DNA of 64,000 bases from an uncultured Methanomicrobiaceae archaeon. Lineage in GTDB: Archaea; Halobacteriota; Methanomicrobia; Methanomicrobiales; Methanoculleaceae. The stretch spans positions 256,001 through 320,000 of the forward strand of contig CAWGXH010000003.1 of assembly GCA_963826525.1 (NCBI GenBank), read 5' to 3'. Positions within the stretch are counted from its first letter, which is position 1. Each line of letters begins with the position of its first letter. Made by a program: the position numbers and the translations under genes. Shown here in pieces: positions 52,134-64,000 of this stretch. The notes under the pieces are model-generated. The model saw only the letters and a program-made list of their open reading frames with translations. It ran no database searches and was not told the DNA's origin.

Positions 52134-53461
52134 ATGAAAAAAAGGTTATTTCAGAGAAGTTCCGATCCGGTGTATACCACCCTCGACGATTGGATTCTCC
52201 ACGAAGCGATTCCGTTCTCCGTTGATTCGTCCGAAACCCTCAATGCCTCCATCGACAGGGTCATCGCCTCACTCGGCGACCCGGTGGAACTCCTCGGCTT
52301 TGGGGAAGCACTCCACGGCGGCGAGGAGATTCTTCTCCTCCGTAACCGGCTCTTCCGGCGTCTGGTGGAGGCGCATGGATACAGCGCCATTGCCATCGAG
52401 AGCAGTTTCCCTCGTGCGCACGTCGTGAACGAGTACATCGCCGGCCGCGGCCCGGCATCGTACGAGGCCGTGCAGGAGACCGGATTTAGCCACGGGTTCG
52501 GCCGGCTCGACGCGAACCGGGAACTCGTGGAGTGGATGCGGACGTACAATGCCGATCCTTCCCACCCGCTCAAACTCCGGTTCTACGGCTTTGATAGTCC
52601 GACCGAGATGGTCGGCAGCGATAGTCCACGTCAGGTCCTGCATTTTGTCCTCGATTACCTCGCCTCGATCGATAGCGCCGGCAGTGAGGAGCGTCGCCAG
52701 CGCATCGACCTGCTTCTCGGCCGGGACTCCGATTGGGAGAACCCCGCTGCAGCGTTCGACCCGGCGAAGTCGATAGGACTCTCACCAGCCGCAACGGAGT
52801 CTCCGGATCGAGACGGAGGATCTCATTACCGAACTCTGCATACGCCGTCCCGAACTGGTGGCGAAGAGCGACAGAAGTCGCTATCTGGAAGCCGCGCAGT
52901 ATGCAGCGGTCGCACGGCAGTCTGCTGAACTATCATGCGGTGCTTGCGCGAACCTCGGCCGACCGGGTTAGCCGGCTGCTCGGCATTCGCGACGCAATGA
53001 TGGCGGATAATCTGGCACATGTGGTCTCCCGTGAGCGTGGCCGGGGGAAGGTGCTCGCCTTTGCTCACAACAGCCATCTGAAGTGCGGAAAGGCGGTATG
53101 GCACTTCGGCACCGACGTGTACGCATGGTGGCCGGCGGGAGCGCACCTCGATGTGACCCTCGGCCCGCGGTATGCCGTCATCGGTTCGGCGGTCGGCGTC
53201 TCGGATCCGAACGGGATCGGCACGCCCGAAGCCGGTACGCTTGAGGCGCTTCTCGCCGCCGCACCGGGGCCGGGGCGGTTTATTCCGACGCACAGAGGCC
53301 AGGGGCTTTTAGCCCCGGAAATCGCAGCGCTTCCGACCCGCTCGGGCAGTATGAAGAACCCGACCTACTTCCCACTCACTCCGGAGAGCTTCACCGATTT
53401 TGACTGGCTGGCTGTCCTGGATAGTGCGGCATACAACCGCGGTGGGCCGGCGCTCCCATAA
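52134..53461 (+). CDS. Erythromycin esterase (Ere) family protein; frameshifts near 52800 and 52920
   Basis: LGFGEALHG, AIAIES, LVEWMRTYN, FYGFD, RDAMMADN, AHNSH, FDWL. Confidence 0.85.
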
Positions 53462-53602
53462 TAGGACGGTTAACTGCAGTAAAGCGCTTCGACGTTCCGG
53501 CAGCGGTCAGGACGGCGGGACGTTCGGGTCGATGGGACGGGCGAGTGATAGCATCGGATAATCCGATGGGGGCTCCATGCACCGAGAAAAAAGTGGGGGT
53601 GC

Positions 53603-54474
53603 CTACCCCGCCGTCGTGAACTGCCAGACCTCCCCGGATATGTCAGGACATATCCCCGTCGGTCGCGGTCACCTGCCAGTAGTACGTGGTTCCCGCCTCA
53701 AGTGTCTCCGGCCTCAGGCTCGCCGAAGGCGCCTCGGTCAGTGCCTGCTCGTCGGGCGGCGTGTTTTTCCCGATAACGACCGTGTAGAGCAGGGGGTACT
53801 GGCCGAAGTTCTCGCCGTGCCAGGTGAGCGGTGTATCGACCGGTACATCGGTGGCGCCGTTCTCCGGGAACGGGGCGTCGGGCTGCTTCGGCGGGTCAAT
53901 GATTGCGTCGGGGCCGGGCGAGTCCTCCCCGTCTCCACCCCTGACGGTGAACGTCCAGACCTCACCCGGAACATAGGTACATGTCTCCATCGGTCGCGGT
54001 CACCTGCCAGGCGTAGGTGACGCCGGGCGTGAGGTTCTGCGGGTCGTACTCCGGCTCTTCGAGATCCTGTGCTACCGGATCCGCCGGCAGGCCGGCGCTG
54101 CCGAGCGAGATTGCGTAGCGCACCGGGTACTGCCCGGAGTCCTCGGCCGACCACCGGAGGACTGTATCGGCGGAGACGTCCGTCGCACCCGACGGCGGCA
54201 CCGGCATCTCGGGCGGGAAGGGAGGTTCGATGATCGACGTTTCGTCCGGTTCGGAGTCCTCGCCGGTATTCTCGGGGAGGAGATTCTGGCTGTCGGCCGG
54301 GAGCGATGCCTTCACCGCCGCATCTCCTCCGGCTGCATCCTCCGGGAGGAGCGAGACGGCGATCCCGGACGAGGCTGCTACCGGGATGGTCATGGCGATG
54401 AGCAGGAGGCCTGCGCAGAGCAGGACGGCAAAGAGAGGTCGCTGCTGGTTGGTGTCGTTTCTGGTTGTTGTCAC
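53603..54474 (-). CDS. Secreted protein with two tandem, roughly 90-aa fibronectin/Ig-like repeats; two frameshifts
   Basis: Signal-like LFAVLLCAGLLLIAMTIPVAA; two copies of P.P..GATDV...L.W...GQYP..Y...L..G.TY.WQVTATDGDM...GEVW.FT. Confidence 0.7.
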
Positions 54475-54755
54475 TGGTATCCCCTCGTAAACTCGTTGAT
54501 CCGAGTGTCGGTGTCGGCCTCGGACAGACGCCCTATACGCGGGGGACCATATATAATTTTCGAAATTAAATAAAAACCTATAGATAAAATGCGGTCGAGC
54601 TGTTCCGGGAAAGATCGTTTTTCCACAGTCTTTGGGGTACACCCTCGCGAAAAATAGTTTTGTGGCTCCGGGAATTGCAGAGGCACCGTGAGAAAAGGTA
54701 ATATCTTGTGGGGAGTCGATGAGGTCGTCCGGTACCTGCTCCCTCGCTCCTTCGG

Positions 54756-55202
54756 TTATGCCCGGGTGATCATCGTTGCTATGGGACTGTGATGGAGGAC
54801 GAAGAGACTGACGCTTCCGAGGAAGAGCTGATCGAGCCTGCTCCTGCCGTGCGAGCCGAGAATAATGAGATCGGCCTCTAGCTCGGTGGCGAGACCGACA
54901 ATCTCCGGCCCCGGCTGCCCGAAACGCTTCTCCGGCGTGATCCGGACGCCTGCCGCTGCCGCCGTATCCACCGCATCCGCAAGGATATCCTCCGCCTCAC
55001 GCTCGAGCATCTCATAGACCGCCTGCTGGGCGACGGCCACCGGCTCCATATCGTTCATGGTGAGCGAGGGGTACAGCCCCACCTGAATGACATAGATGGC
55101 ATGGAGGTCGGCATCGAGTATCTTCGCCAGGGCAAGAGCGCATTCGAGAGCCTTCTTTCCCACCTCCGAGCCGTCGACTGCGACCAGTATCGTTTTTAGC
55201 AT
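54756..55202 (-). CDS. Universal stress protein
   Basis: ILVAVDGS, ADLIILGSHGRS...LGSVS. Confidence 0.92.
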   Translation of the reverse strand: MLKTILVAVDGSEVGKKALECALALAKILDADLHAIYVIQVGLYPSLTMNDMEPVAVAQQAVYEMLEREAEDILADAVDTAAAAGVRITPEKRFGQPGPEIVGLATELEADLIILGSHGRSRLDQLFLGSVSLFVLHHSPIATMITRA

Positions 55203-55279
55203 GGTTACCGTGCTCCGTTTCGCGTACACAGTTCAAGGCGCTGCACGGATAAAAATACGACCATTTGGTTCTGCCCGCG

Positions 55280-55810
55280 CTATGCGGTATACGAGTGGCG
55301 GGATACCCTCTTGCCGGTGTCACGGTCGAAGATCTCGACGGTAACCAGGTCGCCGGGATGGAGTGTTCCGTCGTTTAAGTTGATCCAGATGCGTTCGTTC
55401 GGGTTCCAATACATCCCCTGGCATCCGCTCCCTTTTATCGTCTGTACCCCGTAATGGGGCGTCGGGATAAAGTTTGCACCGTTCAGGGTTTCGATAACGC
55501 ATGGATATATCTCCTCGCCGTCCCGGTAAAACCGTGCCGTCAGGCGGTCGTTCTCGAATTGCACCGTGCCGTTGTTCCGGAGGGTCACCCTGCTCTCGTA
55601 GTTCAGGTTATAGGGAGGGTCGTTGTTTATGTGCTGGACCTCGGTGATGATGATCGACGGGGGCTCCGGCGGTGGCGGCGGCCAGGTCGGGAGCGTGAAC
55701 CCGCTGCAGAGGAGCCATACGATAAGCGCCAGGATGATCGTCAGGGCAACCATGAGCAGCGTCCCCTGCACCGGGGAAACGGCCTCCTCACTCTGCTGCC
55801 GCCGGTTCAC
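55280..55810 (-). CDS. Archaeal type IV pilin-like protein (class III signal peptide)
   Basis: EEA/VSPVQGTLLMVALTIILALIV N-terminal motif. Confidence 0.8.
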   Translation of the reverse strand: MNRRQQSEEAVSPVQGTLLMVALTIILALIVWLLCSGFTLPTWPPPPPEPPSIIITEVQHINNDPPYNLNYESRVTLRNNGTVQFENDRLTARFYRDGEEIYPCVIETLNGANFIPTPHYGVQTIKGSGCQGMYWNPNERIWINLNDGTLHPGDLVTVEIFDRDTGKRVSRHSYTA

Positions 55811-55887
55811 AAAGTATTTTTTAAGAGGATCGTTCTGATAAGGATTGCGTTTGGGCCGCCCTCGAGCGTGAAAATAGTGGTATGCGC

Positions 55888-56229
55888 TTACTCCTGGTAT
55901 TCTTCAAGAGCAAGCTGGTATATCCAATCCAGGAGCCTCGCGCACTCTTCGGGCGTGCACTCCTGATCGCATCCGATGCAGGGCAGAATCTCAGTTCCGG
56001 CGAGAATAACCGACGGGTCGATTGCCCGTTTCTTCGCGCGGAGCAGGTATGTCTTGATCCCCTCATCCCGAAACTCGATACGCTCGATCAGGCCGGAATC
56101 CAGCAGCCTTTTAACGATGCGGGAACACTTCCGGCTGTCGATATCCAGCAGCTTCCAGAGTTCACTCTGGAGCACTCCCTGCCGGCGGGATTGAATGAGA
56201 TTGAGCGCTTCTTCCTCCTGGTCGGTCAT
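55888..56229 (-). CDS. Winged-HTH transcriptional regulator with C-terminal Cys cluster
   Basis: GVLQSELWKLLDIDSRKCSRIV...PCIGC...C.PEEC..L.DW. Confidence 0.85.
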   Translation of the reverse strand: MTDQEEEALNLIQSRRQGVLQSELWKLLDIDSRKCSRIVKRLLDSGLIERIEFRDEGIKTYLLRAKKRAIDPSVILAGTEILPCIGCDQECTPEECARLLDWIYQLALEEYQE

Positions 56230-56235
56230 ACGCAA

Positions 56236-56472
56236 TCAGATCAGGGGTGCAATGGTCAGGATGTTGTTGCCGCGAATGACGACTGTCCCGAGGGAGCGTT
56301 CCCGCTGTTCTCCCAAATACTCGATGGTTTCGTCCATGTGGATGTTTAAGTGCTCGTCCACTGCCATAAGCCTGCCCTCGAGCTTGCGGCCGTCGTCCTT
56401 AATTTCAACGACAATTTTCGAGTCTACTAGCGAAAAAACTTTTTTAACTGGAAGTACAATGCCGTTAACCAT
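56236..56472 (-). CDS. Sm-like (Lsm) RNA-binding protein
   Basis: GRLMAVDEHLNIHM...LGTVVIRGNNI. Confidence 0.92.
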   Translation of the reverse strand: MVNGIVLPVKKVFSLVDSKIVVEIKDDGRKLEGRLMAVDEHLNIHMDETIEYLGEQRERSLGTVVIRGNNILTIAPLI

Positions 56473-56641
56473 CCGTTCTTATGTGGTTAGCGAGCGTAAT
56501 TAATTTTTCCATGAGCGGCAGCCGGGCGATGATCCCGGCTGTGTGGTTGATACGGCATCGGCGGCGGGGATTGCTCTGCATGCCGGATACGCGCCCTCAT
56601 TCAGACAAGTTTATTTTTCAAAACTACGATTTAATTGCATA

Positions 56642-57534
56642 ATGAAGACCCGCTCAATCCTTTTCATCGTCGTGCTTCTCCTCGCCACGGCCGGCTGCCT
56701 GCAGGCGCCCGAAGGTGCAGTAAACACCCTGACGGTCACCGACGACACCGGTGTGCAGGCCGTGCTCTCGCCTCCGATCGAACGAGTCATTTCACTTGCC
56801 CCAAGTGAGACCGAGGTCGTCTGCGCTCTCGGGGCGGATGCCCTGCTTGTCGGAAAGACGGATTACTGCAACTATCCGCCGGAGATCGAAGATGTGCCGT
56901 CGGTCGGCGGGCCGAAGACGCTCATGTCGAAAAGATCATCGAACTGCAGCCCGATCTCGTTCTCGCTACCACGGTAACCGATGCCACGAGGATCGAAGGG
57001 GTACGGGCGATGGGGATTCCGGTCCTCATCTTCAGGGTCGAATCGCTGGAAGACGTCCATCGCAACATCAACACCGTCGGCGCGGTGCTGGGCTGTCCGG
57101 ATGCGGCACAGACCCTGGTCGGCAGGATGCAGGAGCGGGAAGCGGCCGTATCCTCCGCGCAGACCCCGGCAGAACCGGTGAAGGTGCTCTATGTCCTCTA
57201 CGACGATCCGCTCTATGTGGCAGGGAACAATACCCTGCAGGACGACCTGATCCGCCGGGCTGGCGGTGTCAATATCATGGCCGATGCGGAGGGCTATGTC
57301 GTCGCATCCGACGAAGCGGTGGTCACCCGGATGCCGGATGTCATCATTGCCTCCACGTCGCATACGGCCGGTTTGGCACCGATCAAGGATAGCCTGCTCA
57401 CAAAATCCGTATTCAAGGAGATCCCTGCCTTCAGAAATGATCGCATCGTCACCATCGACGCCGACCTGGCCAACCGTCCGGGACCACGGATGATCGATAC
57501 GCTGGAGTTCTTCGCCGCATGCATACGCGAGTAA
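56642..57534 (+). CDS. Cobalamin/Fe-siderophore ABC substrate-binding lipoprotein; frameshift near 56925
   Basis: Lipobox [29 protein letters not shown]. Confidence 0.88.
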
Positions 57535-58541
57535 GCCCCCTGTGGATGTATTCCGGCTGCTGCGTGCTCCTGCTGAGCAGCGCTGTTCTGGCGGTCTGTA
57601 TCGGAGAGTCGCCGATAGACTGCCGGACGGTGTTCTCCATCGTCCTTGGCCACCTGCTGGATCCCGGAGCCGGATATTCCACATCGGAAGAGACGATCAT
57701 TATGCTCATCCGCATCCCGCGGGTGATTCTCGCCGGGTTCGTCGGGGCGAGCCTCGCCGTATGCGGAGCGGTGCTCCAGAGCCTCTTTCGAAATCCCATG
57801 GCCGATCCGTTCATCCTCGGCATCTCGAACGGTGCTGCGCTCGGTGCCTCCGCAGTCCTGCTGTACGGCGTCTCGTTCGGCCTTGGTATCTTCAATCTCC
57901 CGCTGGCGGCGTTCGTCTCCGGGACCGTCACGATTCTGCTGGTCTATGAACTGGCGCGAACCGGGCACCGGGTAGCGACGAATACGCTCCTCCTCTCCGG
58001 GATTGCCGCAGCGGCGTTTATGTCCGCCTGCACCTCGTTTCTACTCTTCGTATCGAACGAAAACCTCCACCAGGTCATCTTCTGGATGATGGGCGGTTTT
58101 GCCGGCCGGACATGGGATCATGTCGCCATGCTGCTGCCGTTCACCCTGCTCGGCATCGGTGTCTTCCTGACCCTCGCCCGTCCCCTGAACGCACTGATGT
58201 TCGGGGAGGAGTCGGCGCTCTATCTCGGGGTGCCGGTCGAGCGGCTGAAGAAGGTTCTGCTCGTCGTATCGGCAGTCGTTACCGGAGCGGCGGTTGCGGT
58301 GAGCGGGATCATCGGATTTGTGGGACTGATAGTTCCGCACGTTGTACGGCTCGTCGCCGGACCCGACCACCGTACCCTGCTGCCGCTCTCGGTCTTCGTC
58401 GGGGCGACATTTCTCATCCTTGCCGATCTTCTGGCACGGCTCGTCATCGCTCCGGCAGAACTTCCCATCGGTGTCATCACCGCGCTCTGCGGTGCTCCGT
58501 TCTTTATTTACCTTCTTCGATCGCGGCGGGGCGGCATATGA
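57519..58541 (+). CDS. FecCD/BtuC family ABC permease
   Basis: IRIPRV, QSLFRNPMADP, GIIGFVGLIVPH, ELPIGVIT. Confidence 0.92.
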   Translation: MHTRVSPLWMYSGCCVLLLSSAVLAVCIGESPIDCRTVFSIVLGHLLDPGAGYSTSEETIIMLIRIPRVILAGFVGASLAVCGAVLQSLFRNPMADPFILGISNGAALGASAVLLYGVSFGLGIFNLPLAAFVSGTVTILLVYELARTGHRVATNTLLLSGIAAAAFMSACTSFLLFVSNENLHQVIFWMMGGFAGRTWDHVAMLLPFTLLGIGVFLTLARPLNALMFGEESALYLGVPVERLKKVLLVVSAVVTGAAVAVSGIIGFVGLIVPHVVRLVAGPDHRTLLPLSVFVGATFLILADLLARLVIAPAELPIGVITALCGAPFFIYLLRSRRGGI

Positions 58542-59814
58542 ACCGACTCGACGTGAACGGGTCGGGTATGCGTTCGGCAGCAAACCAGTCCTCAACGATG
58601 TCACCATGGCATGCGCCGAGGGGGAACTCATCGGCATCCTGGGACCGAACGGTTGTGGGAAGACGACGCTGATGCGGTGCATGGCAGGCTATCTCGTCCC
58701 GGATACGGGCTCGATCTGGTACAACGGCCGCCTGCTCGGCGAACTCTCTTCGCGTGACCTTGCCAGGATACGGGCGGTCGTGGAGCAGCAGCTCGTTACA
58801 CCGTTCGACTTTTCGGTCTACGATTACGTGATGCTCGGCAGGACGCCGTACCTTGGCCGGTTCGGGTCGGAGACGGCGGAAGATCACCGGCATGTCGAGG
58901 AGGCGCTCGGTCTGACCGGCAGTTACTCCTTCAGCGACCGGTCGATAGGCACCCTCTCCGGCGGCGAACTGCAGCGGGTGATGATCGCCCGGGCGCTTGC
59001 CCAGCAGCCGGGGATTCTCCTGCTGGACGAGCCCACATCGCACCTCGATGTCCGCTACCGGCTTGAGATCATGCACCTGCTCCGCGATCTCGCCGGTGAG
59101 AGAGCCGTCGTCGCGGTGATCCACGACATCAACGATGCCTATGCGTTCTGCGACCGCGTGCTGCTCCTGCGGCAGGGCAGGCCTGTCGCGTTCGGACCCC
59201 CTGCAGATGTCCTCACCTCCGAAGCGCTCAGCGATGTCTTCGGTGTCGTCGCAAGCCCGCTGGAGCATCCCGGGGTGGTGACCCCGGTTCTTTCGTTCAC
59301 CCTCCCCCGATCCGTTCGCCGCAGGCGGGCAGGGCGTGTGATTGTCATCACCGGGGGCGGCTGCGGGCAGCACGCCGTTTCGTCGCTGGTGCATGAAGGC
59401 TATGATGTACGGGTGGGCGTTCTGAATGAGGGCGACCGCGACCTCGAGCTCGCCCGCTCGCTCCGGTGCCCGGCGCTGACGGAACCGCCGTTCTCCCGGA
59501 TCAGGCAGAGCAGCATGGCGTCGCTCCGGGCATGGTGCGCTGATGCCGACGCGATCGTGCTCGTTGCAATGCCCGTCGGCGCGGGAAATCTCGGGAACCT
59601 CATCGTCGCGGAGGAGATGCTCGGGAAGAAACCCCTGGTGCTCTTCGCGCGCAACCAGACGTACGGCCGCCTTGATTTCACCGGAGGGCGCGGTGAAGAG
59701 GCATACTTCTTCGTCGCACGGGGCGCTCCGACCGCGGCGTCGGTCGAGGAACTGCTCATGCTGCTCGAGCGGGAGATCCCGCAGGCATCTTCTCCCTCCG
59801 GGGCAGAGGAGTGA
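58538..59814 (+). CDS. Cobalamin/iron ABC ATPase with C-terminal extension; frameshift near 58550
   Basis: GPNGCGKTT, LSGGELQR, LLLDEPTSHLD. Confidence 0.9.
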
Positions 59815-60031
59815 AGCTGCCGGAACCCCGGCTCTCCCCTCTCTCGCACCCTCGCGGTAAAGGCCGTGCTCGCGATCCGGCATTGACTGGAACTCTTCCG
59901 GCCGGCAAGGTGCACGAGGTTACTTCGATCCGAATTGGCCTTCAATTCCCGGGCACGTATGGGAGACCCTCACGAAGGCGGTTCAACCAATCGTGATAAT
60001 CGCTGTTATTGAGAAGAAGAGAAAAAAGGGG

Positions 60032-61129
60032 TTATTCGGGGAGAGACTCCCATCTGTCTTTCAACTGCTTTTCGACGCCGGGGAGGGTCGTGTACTCCAT
60101 CTCGTCGAGCGAGAGCCGGTGGGGCTCGAAGGGTCCGTGGTTGCGCATCATGTCGGATATCTCGCAGCACTTGTCGCGGACGCGGTCGAAGGCGGGGTCG
60201 TCGAACATATCGGCAGGCCCGACGAGCTTGCAGTCGGAGACCTGGAACCCGAGACAGATGACCCGGGGCGGACCGTCGAACTGGGTACAGTTGGCGTCAC
60301 AGACGCCGACCGGCATGAACGGGCCGTGGTGCGAGCCGCGCATCCAGCCGGCGACGAGGATCGGTGTCCGGAAGGGATCGATGACCTCGCCGACCGACGG
60401 GAATCCGCTCTGTGCGCGGACAATCATCACGGGGTCGTCCTTGCCGACGTAGCGTCCTGCCATCATGTTCAGGCGCTGGGTGCTCGTCGACGCGGCAATC
60501 TCGCCGCTCTTCTTGTAGACGGCCTTGATCAGGTACCGGGACGGCGCGCCGATGTAGGCGAGCAGGTTGTACGTGTCCTCGGGTGTGTTGAAGTAGATCC
60601 TGCGCTTCGCGATGACATCGTGGATCTCGAAGGTGAACCCGTCGTGCATGGACGGGTCGATGACGAGGCCCGACGTGTTGAAGGGGTCTGCAAACATCTT
60701 GTAGAGGAAGAAGTTCCAGGCGCCGGGCTCGGTCTTGTCCGCCATGAAGACGAGAATAGGATCGCTGCCGCGCTCCTCGAACTCCATCTCCGCGACGCCG
60801 GGGCCCATGCCCTTGACGTTGCCGCTGAATGCGTCGCTGAGGAGGTCCTGTCCGGCACCGTAGAGTTTCATCTCCTTTGCAATCTTGGCGCACTCCATGA
60901 AGACATTCCAGGCGAGTTCGTGAATCTCGGCGTTATCTTCACCCTTCGTGTGGGTCATGATGAGCTCGAGATCGTCCCCGCAGTGGGTGACAAAAGAGTC
61001 GGTTATCACCGTGCCTTCGGCTTCTTTCAGCATCTGCGCTGCTTTCTCGAGAAGCCTCGGGTGCGTGCGGGAGTGCCCGGGAAAACTCCCGACATCTGCT
61101 TTTATTACTGATACGGTAGTCTTTGCCAT
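60032..61129 (-). CDS. fbp: Fructose-1,6-bisphosphate aldolase/phosphatase (class V)
   Basis: SVIKADVG, GDDLELIMTH, LYGAGQDLL, DKTEPGAWN, YVGKDDP, GWMRGSH, GPFEPHRL. Confidence 0.97.
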   Translation of the reverse strand: MAKTTVSVIKADVGSFPGHSRTHPRLLEKAAQMLKEAEGTVITDSFVTHCGDDLELIMTHTKGEDNAEIHELAWNVFMECAKIAKEMKLYGAGQDLLSDAFSGNVKGMGPGVAEMEFEERGSDPILVFMADKTEPGAWNFFLYKMFADPFNTSGLVIDPSMHDGFTFEIHDVIAKRRIYFNTPEDTYNLLAYIGAPSRYLIKAVYKKSGEIAASTSTQRLNMMAGRYVGKDDPVMIVRAQSGFPSVGEVIDPFRTPILVAGWMRGSHHGPFMPVGVCDANCTQFDGPPRVICLGFQVSDCKLVGPADMFDDPAFDRVRDKCCEISDMMRNHGPFEPHRLSLDEMEYTTLPGVEKQLKDRWESLPE

Positions 61130-61233
61130 AGAATCACCAATAGTACCATAGGCCTAGCCCTTATGGGTAATAGGCTTTGCCCTATATGTACATACGCTGA
61201 AAGAGAAAAAATGTTGTTGAGTGAGCTTCTCGG

Positions 61234-61702
61234 TCACTCGATCTTGATTGCTTTGCCGCGGTTGAATTTGACCTCGAGAACACCGTTTTTATAGGACGAC
61301 TGCATCGAGTCTGCGTCCACGGAGGGGAGGTCGACGCTCGTCAGACTGGTTTCCGCCGGCGATGACGGTCAGCGTACTGCTGATGAGTGACAGGTGGATG
61401 GAGTCTTTCTCGGCACCCGGCAGATCGATAGCCACCGTCACCTCACCGTCGGTCATATACACTTCAGCAATCGGTTCGATGGAACCCTCCGACGAGGGCT
61501 GATCTCCGGAGACGGGGACTGCTCCGCTCTCGACGGGCTTTGCCTCCTTTGCGGAGTCGGCATCGGTTATGATGATCTTGAAACCGTATGCGAAGGGTCT
61601 GTTCATATCCCCCTGATCTTTCATGCCCTGTTCCATGAGGCGTTTCATCAGTTCGTTGAGCTGCTGGAAGATGTCTGCTGGGCTGTCACTCATATGCATC
61701 AC
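61234..61702 (-). CDS. Hsp20/alpha-crystallin small heat shock protein; frameshift near 61330
   Basis: PFAYGFKI...EPIAEV...IDLPG...SSYKNGVLEV. Confidence 0.85.
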
Positions 61703-61801
61703 TGTCGGTCTGGTTATTGCTGATGTCGCTCGGGCGGTAATGGTCTACCGCCGCTGGGGAATCGCCCCCTCTCCGGCAATGCGGAGATGGGGAGTCTTCC
61801 G

Positions 61802-64000
<2,199 letters not shown>

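Noticed and set aside
56473-56641. Possible cobalamin riboswitch upstream of the ABC operon
   Set aside because: No B12-box or conserved core was recognisable; the region looks like a divergent promoter.

Overview
GC-rich archaeal DNA. The gene repertoire and the PAS-kinase families point to a Methanomicrobiales methanogen, probably Methanoculleus-like; this is inferred, not database-checked. Positions 1-35070 are an accessory, signalling-rich block. It holds a kaiC-kaiB-kaiB-PAS module, a CheB-CheR-PAS fusion, five paralogous kinases of one family plus two relics (all on the minus strand, no response regulator), a MASE3 kinase and two PAS proteins ending in a kinase-less DHp-like tail. It also holds glnA, eno, an ArsR/ArsP/thioredoxin/DGC cysteine-rich cluster and three dispersed non-coding repeat families. 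The block ends at the 3' end of an intron-containing tRNA-Met. Positions 35200-64000 are mostly housekeeping: pycAB, biotin ECF, birA, rtcB/archease, secFD, npdG, aglJ, Lsm, a cobalamin/iron ABC transporter, fbp, hsp20 and cdc48. More than 20 genes carry single-base frameshifts that look like long-read errors. The best leads are the modular, recombining orphan kinase network with DHp-only partners linked to KaiBC and CheBR, a roughly 250-bp synonymously AT-shifted patch in the CDC48 D2 ATPase domain, and the unexplained intergenic repeats.
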